Program-made: the position numbers and the translations under genes
The notes under the pieces: model-generated
The model's database searches: none
The model's input: the letters and a program-made list of their open reading frames with translations, nothing else
What the model was told of the DNA's origin: nothing
In this document: positions 36,974-47,661 of the stretch, piece by piece
How positions within the stretch are numbered: position 1 is the stretch's first letter
Layout of the letters: each line of letters opens with the position of its first letter
From: Sulfolobales archaeon
GTDB lineage: Archaea > Thermoproteota > Thermoprotei_A > Sulfolobales > AG1
Length of the DNA: 64,000 nucleotides
Reading direction: 5' to 3'
NCBI GenBank assembly: GCA_049976205.1
Contig: JBMFIR010000004.1
Coordinates: 1,213-65,212 of the forward strand

Positions 36974-37798
36974 TTATTTTTTCATTAGGAGAGAGGGAAT
37001 AGCATATAGAGCTATACTAAGTACTCCAAGAACACCTCCGTAAGGCATGTTGAGTATAACTGCTAGAATTAACGAAGCCACTGATACTAAAACTATTATC
37101 GCAGTGGCTGAAACAACTGATATTCTTTTTAGAAAAGGTGTTATGCTAGGAGCTATGAAAAGTACGTGAGCTGCTATTGCACCAACTAGTCTAGTTACGT
37201 AGACTGCTGATAATGCCACTATAGCATAGATCATTGTTCTGTAGAGTAGTGTTGATACAGGACCTTTCATATAGGAGAAGTATTCAGGATCGAATGATAA
37301 CAAAAGAATCTTTTTCCAAGTAAATAGCAAGACACCTAGGAAAATTAGTATAGTTAAGAAACTTAGTAAAAGATCTTGCTCTCTCAGAAAGAATGGAGAT
37401 CCAAACAAGATATTGTATACAATAGATGGGCCTACTGGAGAGTAGATCGCTAATCCATATGATGCTAAAGAAGATATTGCTGCGGCGACAAAAGCAATAG
37501 TTGCTATAGAAATATTTTGTTCATATCCTCTCTGAGATAAAAATACTATTAAGATAACGAAGAGACTCATAACAACATACGCTATAGCCTCAGGGTAAAG
37601 ATATGGTATGAAGAGATTAATTAGGTACCCCGTAGCGGCTGCTGCGAGGATCATGTGGAGAGATTCTATTGCGAGAAACTGTGTTTGTGTGTATCGAATA
37701 AGTAGACTCACTATACCTCCTAGAACTGAGGCTAGTAAGACACCTATTAATCCTCTTAGGTATATGGGGTCGAGAAATATGTTAGTGATAAGGTCCAT
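36974..37798 (-). CDS. metal (Zn/Mn/Fe) ABC transporter permease, ABC-3 family
   Basis: 274 aa with ~8 TM segments, in an operon with an ATPase and a TroA-like binding protein (overlapping stops and starts). Confidence 0.75.
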   Translation of the reverse strand: MDLITNIFLDPIYLRGLIGVLLASVLGGIVSLLIRYTQTQFLAIESLHMILAAAATGYLINLFIPYLYPEAIAYVVMSLFVILIVFLSQRGYEQNISIATIAFVAAAISSLASYGLAIYSPVGPSIVYNILFGSPFFLREQDLLLSFLTILIFLGVLLFTWKKILLLSFDPEYFSYMKGPVSTLLYRTMIYAIVALSAVYVTRLVGAIAAHVLFIAPSITPFLKRISVVSATAIIVLVSVASLILAVILNMPYGGVLGVLSIALYAIPSLLMKK

Positions 37799-38552
37799 GT
37801 TCTTCTCCTAGATAAATTGTTTTTCCATTGAGAGTAGCTAATCCATATACCTTCTCCAACACCTCTGGTTTTAAAACCTCACGTGCTTTTCCATAGGCTA
37901 GTACTCTTCTATTTAGAAAGAGTATATCAGGGTCGTATCTCAGACATCTGGAGATGTCATGTGAAACAACTATCATACTTACCTCCTTTTTATTCAATAA
38001 GTCGAATAAAAGATCTACTATATGTTCTCTAGCGGATGCATCAACCATTGATAAAGGCTCATCAAAAACCAGTAGTTTAGCCTTCATAGCCAGAGCTCTG
38101 GCTATTAGAACTCTCTGTTTATAGCCTCCTGACAACTCATAGAAGTATTTGTCCAGGTACTCTTCTAAACCCGTTATTTGAATAGCTCTCTCTACTTGAT
38201 CAGGATCCTCTGACACTTTAAGAATATATGGAGACGCCACTATTTCCTTAACTTTCAATGGAATATATTGATAAACATTACTTATTTGCGGCATGTAACT
38301 CACTAATCTTCTTATCTGATCCTGATCTTTCTCAGGATCATATCCAAATACTTTTAGTACACCACTTCTTCTCTTAATCATACCAAGTATAGTTCTAAGA
38401 AGAGTTGTCTTACCAGCACCATTAGGACCCATAACGATTAGTGCAGAGGGATGCTTCAAGGAAAAAGATACATTGTCCAGAACCAAATTCTCTCCTAGAT
38501 AAACACTAAGATCTTTTGTATAAACCGCGTACTCCTCATAAACCAAGATCAT
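37782..38552 (-). CDS. metal ABC transporter ATP-binding protein
   Basis: GPNGAGKTTLL (Walker A), LSGGYKQRVLIARAL (signature), LLVFDEP (Walker B). Confidence 0.85.
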   Translation of the reverse strand: MILVYEEYAVYTKDLSVYLGENLVLDNVSFSLKHPSALIVMGPNGAGKTTLLRTILGMIKRRSGVLKVFGYDPEKDQDQIRRLVSYMPQISNVYQYIPLKVKEIVASPYILKVSEDPDQVERAIQITGLEEYLDKYFYELSGGYKQRVLIARALAMKAKLLVFDEPLSMVDASAREHIVDLLFDLLNKKEVSMIVVSHDISRCLRYDPDILFLNRRVLAYGKAREVLKPEVLEKVYGLATLNGKTIYLGEEHGPYH

Positions 38553-39622
38553 TTCACCCTACGTTTCACATTAATATAGTAATATACGGCTACCAGTATT
38601 ATTACTACGATTATTGCCGCAGATATCACAATCATATAAGTGTTAACACTAGTCCCCGAACTCTGCGGAGATGTAATGACTGCCTCAGAGGATGTAGAAC
38701 CACAGTATCTCTTTAGTTCAAGTGCGACTACGACAGGTGCTAAATAAGGAACATTTTTCATAATAGTTTCTCTGACATTGACTATGACCGGGGTCACACC
38801 CATGCTCTTTATAGTTGATATTACCATATCTGAGTACTCCTCAGTTCCCTGAAGAATCAATACGCATCTAGCACCTGAGTTCTTTAGACCTTGAAGAGAT
38901 TGTGGTGTTGGCTCTTGCTCAGGCTCGGGGGTAAGCATGTAGACAGGTTCTAGACCTAAGGAATAAATCATGTATTGACCCGCGGCACTATATATAGCGA
39001 CGCCCTTGAGTCCTGAGACTATGTATCTCGCATAACTATATGAACTATTAATAACGTTTATAGCTACCTGAGTAGAGGAATTAATTGCTGAGCTAAATAC
39101 AGTATACTCTCCTGGAGAGTATTTCTCTCTAGCGATCTCAAGCACCTTATCTCTTGCAATCTCTAGGAGCATTATCTGAGCTCTATAATCAAAACCTATA
39201 TGCTCATTATATACACCAGTAGACTTCTTGAGAGGCTCCCAACCTCTCTTGATTAACTCCTCGTAGAGTATTATATACGGTTTCCCCGACGCCCTAGCTG
39301 CATCAATAAGTTTCGTGGTTATAGGCAGGTGACCTATTACGTCTACGATAATTAAATCTGCTTGAAGAGCTCTTTGAATATCTTGTGGAGTACCCTCATA
39401 AGTGTGAGGATCAACGCCGGGGGGTATGGGAGAAATCACATCCACGTAGCTCCCTAAAGCTAATCTTAGCAAAGAAGCATACGAGGGTGGCACCACCGCT
39501 ATCTTTATCTTTTCTAGAGACTGTGATTCTGCTATAGATATATTCGCTATAAGAATCATTGATAGCAATATTACTAAAAGATATATCTTAGAAATTCTTT
39601 TGATATCATAGTTAATTCTCAT
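38549..39622 (-). CDS. metal ABC transporter substrate-binding protein (TroA/ZnuA-like) with C-terminal TM anchor
   Basis: N-terminal signal/TM, DPHTYEGTPQD (the DPH.y.p.p motif of cluster A-I SBPs), and a C-terminal hydrophobic IVISAAIIVVIILVAVYYY. Confidence 0.7.
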   Translation of the reverse strand: MRINYDIKRISKIYLLVILLSMILIANISIAESQSLEKIKIAVVPPSYASLLRLALGSYVDVISPIPPGVDPHTYEGTPQDIQRALQADLIIVDVIGHLPITTKLIDAARASGKPYIILYEELIKRGWEPLKKSTGVYNEHIGFDYRAQIMLLEIARDKVLEIAREKYSPGEYTVFSSAINSSTQVAINVINSSYSYARYIVSGLKGVAIYSAAGQYMIYSLGLEPVYMLTPEPEQEPTPQSLQGLKNSGARCVLILQGTEEYSDMVISTIKSMGVTPVIVNVRETIMKNVPYLAPVVVALELKRYCGSTSSEAVITSPQSSGTSVNTYMIVISAAIIVVIILVAVYYYINVKRRVK

Positions 39623-39674
39623 AGTGAGAGCCCTTAAAAAATAATTAAATTAATTGCTTTTAAGTTTTTAGGCA

Positions 39675-40259
39675 CTACCTAAAATTTATAGCAGATAGAT
39701 CTATTAACTTAAAAGAGTCCTTATCTATAAATCCCTTATTAATAACGTAATTCACTAAATCAAATATCTTCTCCACATTATCAATAATAACAAAATCTGT
39801 AGTAACCACAATATTATTTCTAGATAAATCAATTATAGATCTATCAGCTTTCTCAGCTAATAAATAACTCGATAACAAACCCGTCTCTCTACTTTTATTA
39901 ACTACGTACTTACCTAGATCTAAGCTATAAGAAACATTTTTATCAATGACATAAATAACTTCTAAGACATCTAATTCTCTAAAGATCTTTATTATAAGAT
40001 CTATTGCTCTAGCTACGTAAAGATTATCAATAGATACTTTTTTTGACCCACCCAAGTCTCTTATTAAACCATCATCACATAAATACACGCATCCTCCCGA
40101 TATCGCAGTGGTTAATGTACTGAGCGTATTTAGTAGATCTACTACAAGTGTTTTTTGCTTGATCTCCTCTACAGACACCTTCTTTATATTTGCTTTAGAC
40201 ACGTAATCAGGTCTATGAATACATCTCATTAATAAACTTCTCTCTAATTTACTTAACAT
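39675..40259 (-). CDS. hypothetical protein (possibly PIN-like/DUF434-DUF5616 type)
   Basis: 194-aa ORF. TLVVDLLNTLS and VVTTDFVIIDN acidic strands are weakly PIN/NYN-like. Confidence 0.3.
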   Translation of the reverse strand: MLSKLERSLLMRCIHRPDYVSKANIKKVSVEEIKQKTLVVDLLNTLSTLTTAISGGCVYLCDDGLIRDLGGSKKVSIDNLYVARAIDLIIKIFRELDVLEVIYVIDKNVSYSLDLGKYVVNKSRETGLLSSYLLAEKADRSIIDLSRNNIVVTTDFVIIDNVEKIFDLVNYVINKGFIDKDSFKLIDLSAINFR

Positions 40260-40378
40260 ATACCTACTACATATAGTATTAAGAGATATTTTCTGGCTAT
40301 AACCTCTTGATAATAAATACTTGTAGTCTTTAGAAGCCTCAATAAGTCTCTCATCTAATTCAATACATTCTCCTATAC

Positions 40379-43126
40379 TCAGACCCTGAGAACCTCAGAG
40401 ACTACTTCTCTAATTATCTCTTCAGCATTATCAGCGTTTTTACTCAAGCTCCCCGTCGCGTGATCCTTTTTACCACCACCTCTACCCCCGGCCCTAGAGA
40501 TAATCTTACTCAATAACTCTCTCGCATCTAATTTACTCAATAGGTTAGCTGATAGTGATATCTCGATTCTTGATGAATCTTTTGATATATTCGTTAGAAG
40601 TATCGAGACTATATTATCTTGTCTACTTAGTTTCTTAATATACTCTCTCGCAATATCTTCCTCAGGAGGATCTTTTATTAACAATATCTTCACGTTGTTA
40701 ATAGTCTCTGCTCTAGACAGGGTCTCTGAGATCATTTTCTCCCATATAGCTCTATATCTACTAAGGATCTTCTCAACAGCTTCTCTCTCTTCAATCAGTG
40801 TCTTTGCTCTACTCACGAGACCTTCATCAGCAGATCCTCCTATCAGAGATGATATTTCTCTCAAAATACTCTGGTACCTTGTTGCTTCCTCAGATACTCT
40901 ACTACCAGCGACGTATTCGAATCTTATTACACCGTCGGCTATCTTCGAAACATTAATTATCTTGAAGCCACCTATCTCACCTGTGTGAGGTAGATGGGTG
41001 CCAAAGCATGCTTGAGCATCCCAATTCTCGATCTCAACTATTCTAATAACAGGATCCTCTGGGACACCTCCTTGATAAATACTTAGACCATACTTATTCT
41101 CAGCCTCGTATCTGCTTAGGTATCTCACTATCACTTTTCTTCTCTCATCAATAACTCTATTAACTAACTCCTCTATCTTAGAGATCTCCTCACGAGAGGG
41201 GAGCTGGTAGTGTGTCACGTCTAATCTTCCTCTAAACTCATTCTTGTCGGCACCTGCCTGCCAGACATGCTCTCCCAGAATTCTTCTAAGTGTGCCTAGC
41301 AATACGTGTGTTGCTGTGTGATGTCTCATTATCCTATATCTCCTGCCCCAATCAATAAATCCTCTGATCCTGGATCCTATAAACTCTTCTCTCAACTCTT
41401 TATCTAAATAGTGAATAATCACATTATCAATCATCTTCACATCTACGACGCTGTACTTCTCCCCATCAATAATAATGTGCCCCTGATCACTTGCTTGGCC
41501 TCCTCCTAATGGGTAGAAGAGCGTTTGATCAAGAACAACAATATTGCCTTTAATGCCCAGGATCTTTGCATCAAACTCTTTAATCATCGGATCTTCGTGA
41601 AAGAGTCTGCGGGTCTCTGGGAACTTCTTAACCCAGTCTCTAAGGGTAGGCTCAATCTTCTCTTTAGATTTAATAGGAGCTCTCGAGTGTCTGGATGCCA
41701 CCAATGAGTAGAAGTTTCTCGGGATATCAACCTTTAGACCCATCGAGGAGGAGATCTCCGAAACAATCTCCGGAGGTATACCGTGGCTATCATAGATCTC
41801 TATGAGATCATCCAGGGACAAACCACCACCAGAGTATCTTTTAATAATCACAGGCGCTCTCTTAATATTCTCGCGGTATCTCTCCTCTTCGAAATCAATT
41901 ACATCAAGTATGTACCTGTAATTTCTGCCTATGCTCCTGAATGTGTTGCCCCATCTCTCTATTTGCAACATAATTAATTCCTTAAGAGAAACATCGGTTT
42001 TTAATCTAGCTAGTGTTCTCATGATTCTTCTCAGAACAAGTCTAGCTAAGTATCCCTCCCCTGTATTAGAAGGAACAATTCCGTCTCCTAGCATCAGAGT
42101 CAGTGTTTTGGTGTGATCAAGTACTGAGAATACATTAACTAATTGTTTAAATGTTTCCTCTACATCTACTCTATTTCTACCAAGATCCTTAGACATACGA
42201 TCAATAAATGAATCAATTGTCCTCGGCTCGGAAGGATCTATTTTACCTGAGTATATAGATGCTATATACATAAAGTCTCTATCAGGCTCTGACACACCTA
42301 ATTTACTAAAGAATCTAGAGACCATATTGCTACCGAAGACGGCGTGGAAAGCCGTGGGTGTTTTCTGTGTTAACCACGTTATTCTCTCTATACCATAGCC
42401 CACATCAACTATTTTCATAGGGATCTCTCTATAACCATTTTCTAAGGTTTCATACTGCATAAAAACCAGAGTAGCTACCTCTAAGCCTCCTACTGTAACC
42501 TCCATTGAGGGACCCGCGTTTCCTCCACCCTCCCACCAACTCTCCTTGAAGGTGAGTTCATCTTCAGGAACGCCTATAGTGTCTATGAAGAATTCCTCAG
42601 CGTACTTTACTGTCTCATCTTTCCAGTACACATATTTATCAGGGTAATTGAATGCGTGATGACCACCCATTGTGAAGCTCGTCATGTGTCTACCGAATGT
42701 TAAGCCTATGTTATCAATATCTTCAAGCCTGATACATGGTTGAGCAATAACTAGTGGATTAGCTGGTGGAGGAACCTTGCCCGAGGTCACATGTGGTTGG
42801 AAGACCACTATTGAAGCTATTGTTAGATAGAGATCCTCTCTCCATCTAGCGACGACTGGTGCTGGATCAATTATTTTGTGACCTCTCTCCTCAAAGAATC
42901 TTAGGAAGAGATTAACTGTGTCCTCATAGGACAGATTCTTTATCTTAAGAGGGATATCAAAGAACCTGTAGTCTGTGCAGGGTATATCATTGCATATCTC
43001 CCAGGGACCCTTTGTCCAGAAAGGTGTTTGACAGATCTTGCATATCCTTCTATGATACCCATGATCAATAAAAGTCTTCAGTCTATACTCTGAGGGATCC
43101 CCTAATTTCGGCAATAGCTTATGCAC
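40379..43126 (-). CDS. alaS: alanine--tRNA ligase
   Basis: Archaeal-type N-terminus FIDHGYHRRICKICQTPFWT, class II core, editing domain HHTATHVL...CFGTH, 915 aa. Confidence 0.95.
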   Translation of the reverse strand: MHKLLPKLGDPSEYRLKTFIDHGYHRRICKICQTPFWTKGPWEICNDIPCTDYRFFDIPLKIKNLSYEDTVNLFLRFFEERGHKIIDPAPVVARWREDLYLTIASIVVFQPHVTSGKVPPPANPLVIAQPCIRLEDIDNIGLTFGRHMTSFTMGGHHAFNYPDKYVYWKDETVKYAEEFFIDTIGVPEDELTFKESWWEGGGNAGPSMEVTVGGLEVATLVFMQYETLENGYREIPMKIVDVGYGIERITWLTQKTPTAFHAVFGSNMVSRFFSKLGVSEPDRDFMYIASIYSGKIDPSEPRTIDSFIDRMSKDLGRNRVDVEETFKQLVNVFSVLDHTKTLTLMLGDGIVPSNTGEGYLARLVLRRIMRTLARLKTDVSLKELIMLQIERWGNTFRSIGRNYRYILDVIDFEEERYRENIKRAPVIIKRYSGGGLSLDDLIEIYDSHGIPPEIVSEISSSMGLKVDIPRNFYSLVASRHSRAPIKSKEKIEPTLRDWVKKFPETRRLFHEDPMIKEFDAKILGIKGNIVVLDQTLFYPLGGGQASDQGHIIIDGEKYSVVDVKMIDNVIIHYLDKELREEFIGSRIRGFIDWGRRYRIMRHHTATHVLLGTLRRILGEHVWQAGADKNEFRGRLDVTHYQLPSREEISKIEELVNRVIDERRKVIVRYLSRYEAENKYGLSIYQGGVPEDPVIRIVEIENWDAQACFGTHLPHTGEIGGFKIINVSKIADGVIRFEYVAGSRVSEEATRYQSILREISSLIGGSADEGLVSRAKTLIEEREAVEKILSRYRAIWEKMISETLSRAETINNVKILLIKDPPEEDIAREYIKKLSRQDNIVSILLTNISKDSSRIEISLSANLLSKLDARELLSKIISRAGGRGGGKKDHATGSLSKNADNAEEIIREVVSEVLRV

Positions 43127-43172
43127 CTACCTAATAAAATATTTTGTTTAGAAAATAAGGATATTGGATTAG

Positions 43173-44198
43173 ATGAAGACAGATATTAAACAAAAACTAA
43201 TAAGGATCCTTGAAGAAGCTGGTCCTCGAGGCTATACACAGAGAGAGTTAATTTACATATTAGGAGTATCAAAAGGCTATTTATCACTTATAGTATCTCA
43301 ACTAGAGAAAAGTGGTGTCGTGGTAAGATACAGAGGCCCTGGAAAAACTGTTGTTGTTAAATTAACTAAGTACACTCATCCATCCACAGGTAAATTCATA
43401 AGATTCGGCATTGTTAAATCAACAGAATATATATTTCTACCAATTCTACTAAAGAAATTAAGAGACAGAGGCTACGAGACAGAACTTGTTTTCTATCCCA
43501 ACGTCAGAGAATTAGCGACTTCACTGGCTAAAGGCAGATTGCATATAGCAATGCTACCAATATACACGCAGTTAGCATATAGATTCTTTGGAGCACCAAT
43601 AAAGAGTATTCAAGGAGGAGCAGTTGGCGGAGGATTCGTTGTCTACAGAGGTGGAGAAATTAAAGAGTTAATAGATTCCTATGAGAAGATCTCTGTTTAT
43701 AGCAGTCAGATATCAACTATGGAGATCCTCTCACACGCACTCATGAGAAGAATGAGGAGTAGATACGAGATAAGATTCTATAGAGACCCAGGAGAATTAG
43801 TTGAGAGAAATAAGAAGAGAAGTAATGTGGTTATGAGTACGTGGGAGCCTTACGCAACATACCTTCAAGAGAAAGGTTTCAAGACTTCTCCGTATAGAGA
43901 GTTTCTTGGAGAATATCATTGTTGCACATTAACTATTCACGAGAATCTTATGACTGGATTAAGAGATCTTATAAAAACAATTTATTCCGAGACATTACGA
44001 GAGGCAATGAGAAGATTTGATGATGCATTAGATCAATACTCTAGAATTCTTGGTGTAGAAAAAGATCTTCTCGTGAAAACATCTAGAGATTATTTATACA
44101 GAGATTATCTGGATATTAATGAAGTAGAGAGATTAATTCGTGAAGGAGGAGGCTACATGATATCTATAGAGGTGCTTAAAGAGCTTATAGAGGAATAA
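43173..44198 (+). CDS. putative transcriptional regulator: N-terminal wHTH plus periplasmic-binding-protein-like (NMT1/SsuA-like) domain
   Basis: ILEEAGPRGYTQRELIYILGVSKGYLSLIVSQLEKSGVVV is MarR/TrmB-like wHTH. The remainder has an alternating beta/alpha PBP-type pattern. Confidence 0.4.
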   Translation: MKTDIKQKLIRILEEAGPRGYTQRELIYILGVSKGYLSLIVSQLEKSGVVVRYRGPGKTVVVKLTKYTHPSTGKFIRFGIVKSTEYIFLPILLKKLRDRGYETELVFYPNVRELATSLAKGRLHIAMLPIYTQLAYRFFGAPIKSIQGGAVGGGFVVYRGGEIKELIDSYEKISVYSSQISTMEILSHALMRRMRSRYEIRFYRDPGELVERNKKRSNVVMSTWEPYATYLQEKGFKTSPYREFLGEYHCCTLTIHENLMTGLRDLIKTIYSETLREAMRRFDDALDQYSRILGVEKDLLVKTSRDYLYRDYLDINEVERLIREGGGYMISIEVLKELIEE

Positions 44199-44200
44199 AC

Positions 44201-44758
44201 CTACTGCTGGACAGGTCGTACAAACTCAGCTGGTAGAGTTATTGTTAGCGGGAACAATGACTCTGCTATATATATTGTAACTTCTTCTCTCTCACGATCA
44301 ATAGCTTGTATAGTTCCTTTAGAGCCCTTGAACGGTCCTGCAACAACCTCTACAACCATTCTCTCTTTAAGCATCTCAATAATTGGCTTAACCCTGATCA
44401 TTTCCTCGAGATCTTTATAGCTTACGGCTCCTGCAGCCCTACCCTTCACATATGGCACGTCTCTAACAGCTAGATAGACTGTGTGTAGGTTCTGAACCTC
44501 AAATATCACGTAGCCCTTGATGTCTGGTGGAATGATCAGTGCTCTGATATCGCCTAGATAAGAAGCCACCGGATTATTTACGTCGCTTTGACTTTTTAGA
44601 GAATTCACTATAGTCTCTACGGTAAAAGCAACATCGAATTCTCTACCCCCAATTGTTCTGACAGCAAATAGTTGTAATTTTCTAAGTTCCTCAGATAATT
44701 CTTTCTTCTCTGCTAATTCATTCTTCTTTTCCTCAGTATTTTTTTCTTCACTATTCAT
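44201..44758 (-). CDS. spt5: transcription elongation factor Spt5 (NusG homolog) with K/E-rich N-terminal extension
   Basis: NGN domain LFAVRTIGGREFDV and KOW motif VVAGPFKGSKGTIQAIDREREEVTIYI. It overlaps secE by 4 nt. Confidence 0.8.
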   Translation of the reverse strand: MNSEEKNTEEKKNELAEKKELSEELRKLQLFAVRTIGGREFDVAFTVETIVNSLKSQSDVNNPVASYLGDIRALIIPPDIKGYVIFEVQNLHTVYLAVRDVPYVKGRAAGAVSYKDLEEMIRVKPIIEMLKERMVVEVVAGPFKGSKGTIQAIDREREEVTIYIAESLFPLTITLPAEFVRPVQQ

Positions 44759-44946
44759 GTTCCTCCTACGCCTCCTAAGTAAGTGAGTATTAGATAAGAG
44801 ATCATTCCTATAGCAAACCCTATTGCGCCGACTAAGAAGAATCCTAGGAAAATTATTCTCAGGAATAACTTGTATTCCTCGGGGTCTGGTCTCCTAGCTA
44901 ACTCAATTATTTTTCTCCAAGACTCAATTATTTCAGAGATATTCAT
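44755..44946 (-). CDS. secE: protein translocase subunit SecE/Sec61-gamma
   Basis: 63 aa with a single C-terminal TM segment, ARRPDPEEY, and conserved secE-spt5 synteny. Confidence 0.7.
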   Translation of the reverse strand: MNISEIIESWRKIIELARRPDPEEYKLFLRIIFLGFFLVGAIGFAIGMISYLILTYLGGVGGT

Positions 44947-44999
44947 TAATCACTCCTAAATAAATACATTGTGTAAAGCAATTTATAAGCTAACTCGAA

Positions 45000-46409
45000 T
45001 TATTTCCTCCTCAAATAATTCATAATGAGGATCAGATATACTAAGGATAGATCTGTTAATATTGAGAGGATCGTTGATAAAGGATCTGAGAATCTTAGGT
45101 AAAATGCATATATATCATATATAAATGATGATCTAGTTCCCTTAAGTAGATTATTAATAGAGCACTTAAAGAACTGATTCTCTAGTGGAGCAAGATCCTG
45201 TATAGCACATGGATAAACGTTTGTTATTAGAACAATATTATTCTCAATGATCGAGTACGAGGCTAACAATATCATTATTAAGTGGAGTCTTGCTGTACTT
45301 GTTCTAAATATATAAACAAGCGGGATCGATAATATGGCGGTTATAGGCGTGAGGAATCGGGGTCCATATGCTAGGCCGCCATGGTAGTCATGCCACGCAG
45401 AATATGTTATTAATGGCGCAAATACGTAGATAATAATAGCCAACCATATTCTTCTAGGAAACATCTCGGGAAAAGTTACTAAATAGATTAATGAGAATAG
45501 TGATAGAGGATATAGTGCCATTAGACTCTTTCTAGGATCAATTAATTGTGTATAGATTGCATACATAATATCTAGAGGATTAAGTGTGAAACCTGTGCCA
45601 AAACCTCTACTATTTGAGTAGAGGAGTTCAGGTGGCAGAAATGGATTACCTGTTGTGATATAGTCATAGTATAGTTGAAATAATATGAATAATACAAATA
45701 CCAACAACCAAATAAACGATCTATTTAATATATATATGGTTTTGTTCACGAGATTTTTCTCGGGATCTAGGATCATTAGAATAAGTAGATATATTGTGTA
45801 GGAGATCACCAATATTATCGTGGAGGGATCTGTTAAAAACATTAGTCCCGAGAAAACAGCGTTTAGAATAACATATTTATAAGATACTTCATGATTTACT
45901 TGCTTTATAATCTTAATACTTGTGTATAGAGATCCCGTGAAAAATAGTGTTAAAAGTGCTTGTGGAAAGATATGTGATGAATAGATCCATGGAAGAGAAG
46001 CATATATAGATAAAATAATTGATGTTAATATATATCTATCGTCGCTCTGATCCATCTCTCTAATGAGTTTGTAGAGAATAATCATTGAAGTAAATATCGA
46101 GAGACTCATCACTAGACCTCCAATGAATAAAGGATCCAGTACTCCTCCTAGTAGGCACATAGGTATAGATAATATTAGCGGAGTTCCGATTGGTGCCGCG
46201 AAGACATATTTACTGGGGCTTATAACCACGTAGTCTGTATAGTACCACTCGATCTTGTTTAAGTAGAAGTTGAGACTACACATATTCCTAGACAGCTCTA
46301 TGAGAGGCTTCGTGTACCCAGTATAGTAGTGCGCATTTATTGTTGTTATGAATACAGCTAGTGATACTATTAATGTTATTTGTAGAGTTCTTTTACTCAT
46401 CCCAAACAC
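45000..46409 (-). CDS. polytopic membrane protein, putative GT-C glycosyltransferase (ArnT/PMT-like)
   Basis: 469 aa with >10 TM segments, divergent from a cytoplasmic glycosyltransferase-like gene. Confidence 0.35.
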   Translation of the reverse strand: MFGMSKRTLQITLIVSLAVFITTINAHYYTGYTKPLIELSRNMCSLNFYLNKIEWYYTDYVVISPSKYVFAAPIGTPLILSIPMCLLGGVLDPLFIGGLVMSLSIFTSMIILYKLIREMDQSDDRYILTSIILSIYASLPWIYSSHIFPQALLTLFFTGSLYTSIKIIKQVNHEVSYKYVILNAVFSGLMFLTDPSTIILVISYTIYLLILMILDPEKNLVNKTIYILNRSFIWLLVFVLFILFQLYYDYITTGNPFLPPELLYSNSRGFGTGFTLNPLDIMYAIYTQLIDPRKSLMALYPLSLFSLIYLVTFPEMFPRRIWLAIIIYVFAPLITYSAWHDYHGGLAYGPRFLTPITAILSIPLVYIFRTSTARLHLIMILLASYSIIENNIVLITNVYPCAIQDLAPLENQFFKCSINNLLKGTRSSFIYDIYAFYLRFSDPLSTILSILTDLSLVYLILIMNYLRRK

Positions 46410-46443
46410 TCTTTTATAAAGATTTCTATAAATTGATTTAGAG

Positions 46444-47586
46444 GTGTTTCTAATGGGGATCCCGAAGATCTATGTGGTGACCGCCTCGATTTATCCTCTG
46501 GATAATTTACTCGATCTACTTAAAAACGAAACTATTCAACCAGACAAGATCTTGGTTATTGATGAGGGAGATGAGAAAATTAGAGAAAAAAATAGAGAAA
46601 TACTCAAGGAGCTAGACCTAGAGAAAATATTCTTCTATGGACCTAGAGAAAGAACTGAGTGGTTTAAGAGCCGCTACGGATCATCATATGAGAAGTACTT
46701 AAGCTTAATTCCTGAGAGAAGTCATGCGGAGACGAGCTTTGGTTTTTTAGTTGCTTATGAGGAAGATGCTGAAGTAGTTATTGAGGTTGATGATGATGTA
46801 TATAGTGAAGAGAACTATAGTTTTGTGAGAGATCACTTAAGTAATTTAAGTGATTCGAAGGGAGTCAGAATTTCATCCTCTTCTTCATGGGTTAATACAA
46901 TAGATTTCTTAGATATTAATCAGAATAGATCCGAGAAAATTTTCCCTAGAGGACATCCCTACGACCCTGTTGTGAGAGAATACGCTTACAAGTATAAGGA
47001 GGACAGTGGTGAATGTGTACTTAACATGGGTCTCTGGACGGAATCTCCTGACCTAGATGCTGTTACCATACTTCACTACGGGGGTTTAGACGGTGTTTCA
47101 AAGATAAAAGCTAGGAGACTATTGATCGATAAAGTATTTATTGACAAAGGATCTTTTTACGCGGTGTGCTCAATGAATACTTCGTTCAAGAAGAAATTGA
47201 TCCCTGCTTTCTATCAACTCTACATGAAGTATATGGGTATTGATAGATTCGATGATATATGGTCAGGTCTCTTCGCGAAGAAAATAGCTGATGAGCTGGG
47301 GGATAATATGTGTCTAGGTAAACCAGCTTTAAAGCATCGTAAGAGACCAAGATCTGTGTGGAAAGATCTTAGATCAGAGCTTGAGGGTATGATAATCAAT
47401 GAGAAGCTCTGGAGAATAGTTAAAGAAGCAGAGATTAGAAGCAGAAGCTACATAGATGCCTATAGAGAATTAGCAGAATATATTGAAAAGAGAATAAATG
47501 AGTTCAGCGAAGAACTTCACAGAAAATTCGTGAAGTTCCAGACGGAGAAAATGATTCTTTGGACAGAAGCGATAGTTCTTTTATAA
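46444..47586 (+). CDS. reversibly-glycosylated-polypeptide (RGP, alpha-1,4-glucan-protein synthase/UDP-arabinopyranose mutase) family protein
   Basis: VIEVDDDV (DxD) and DRFDDIWSGLFAKK match the RFDD(M/I)WAG block of plant RGPs. Confidence 0.55.
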   Translation: MFLMGIPKIYVVTASIYPLDNLLDLLKNETIQPDKILVIDEGDEKIREKNREILKELDLEKIFFYGPRERTEWFKSRYGSSYEKYLSLIPERSHAETSFGFLVAYEEDAEVVIEVDDDVYSEENYSFVRDHLSNLSDSKGVRISSSSSWVNTIDFLDINQNRSEKIFPRGHPYDPVVREYAYKYKEDSGECVLNMGLWTESPDLDAVTILHYGGLDGVSKIKARRLLIDKVFIDKGSFYAVCSMNTSFKKKLIPAFYQLYMKYMGIDRFDDIWSGLFAKKIADELGDNMCLGKPALKHRKRPRSVWKDLRSELEGMIINEKLWRIVKEAEIRSRSYIDAYRELAEYIEKRINEFSEELHRKFVKFQTEKMILWTEAIVLL

Positions 47587-47661
47587 AGACCTAGTTAAGT
47601 GAACGGCTAAGCATCTTATTAATCCTCTATATCAATTTTATTAGAGATACGAGGTCTCTAT

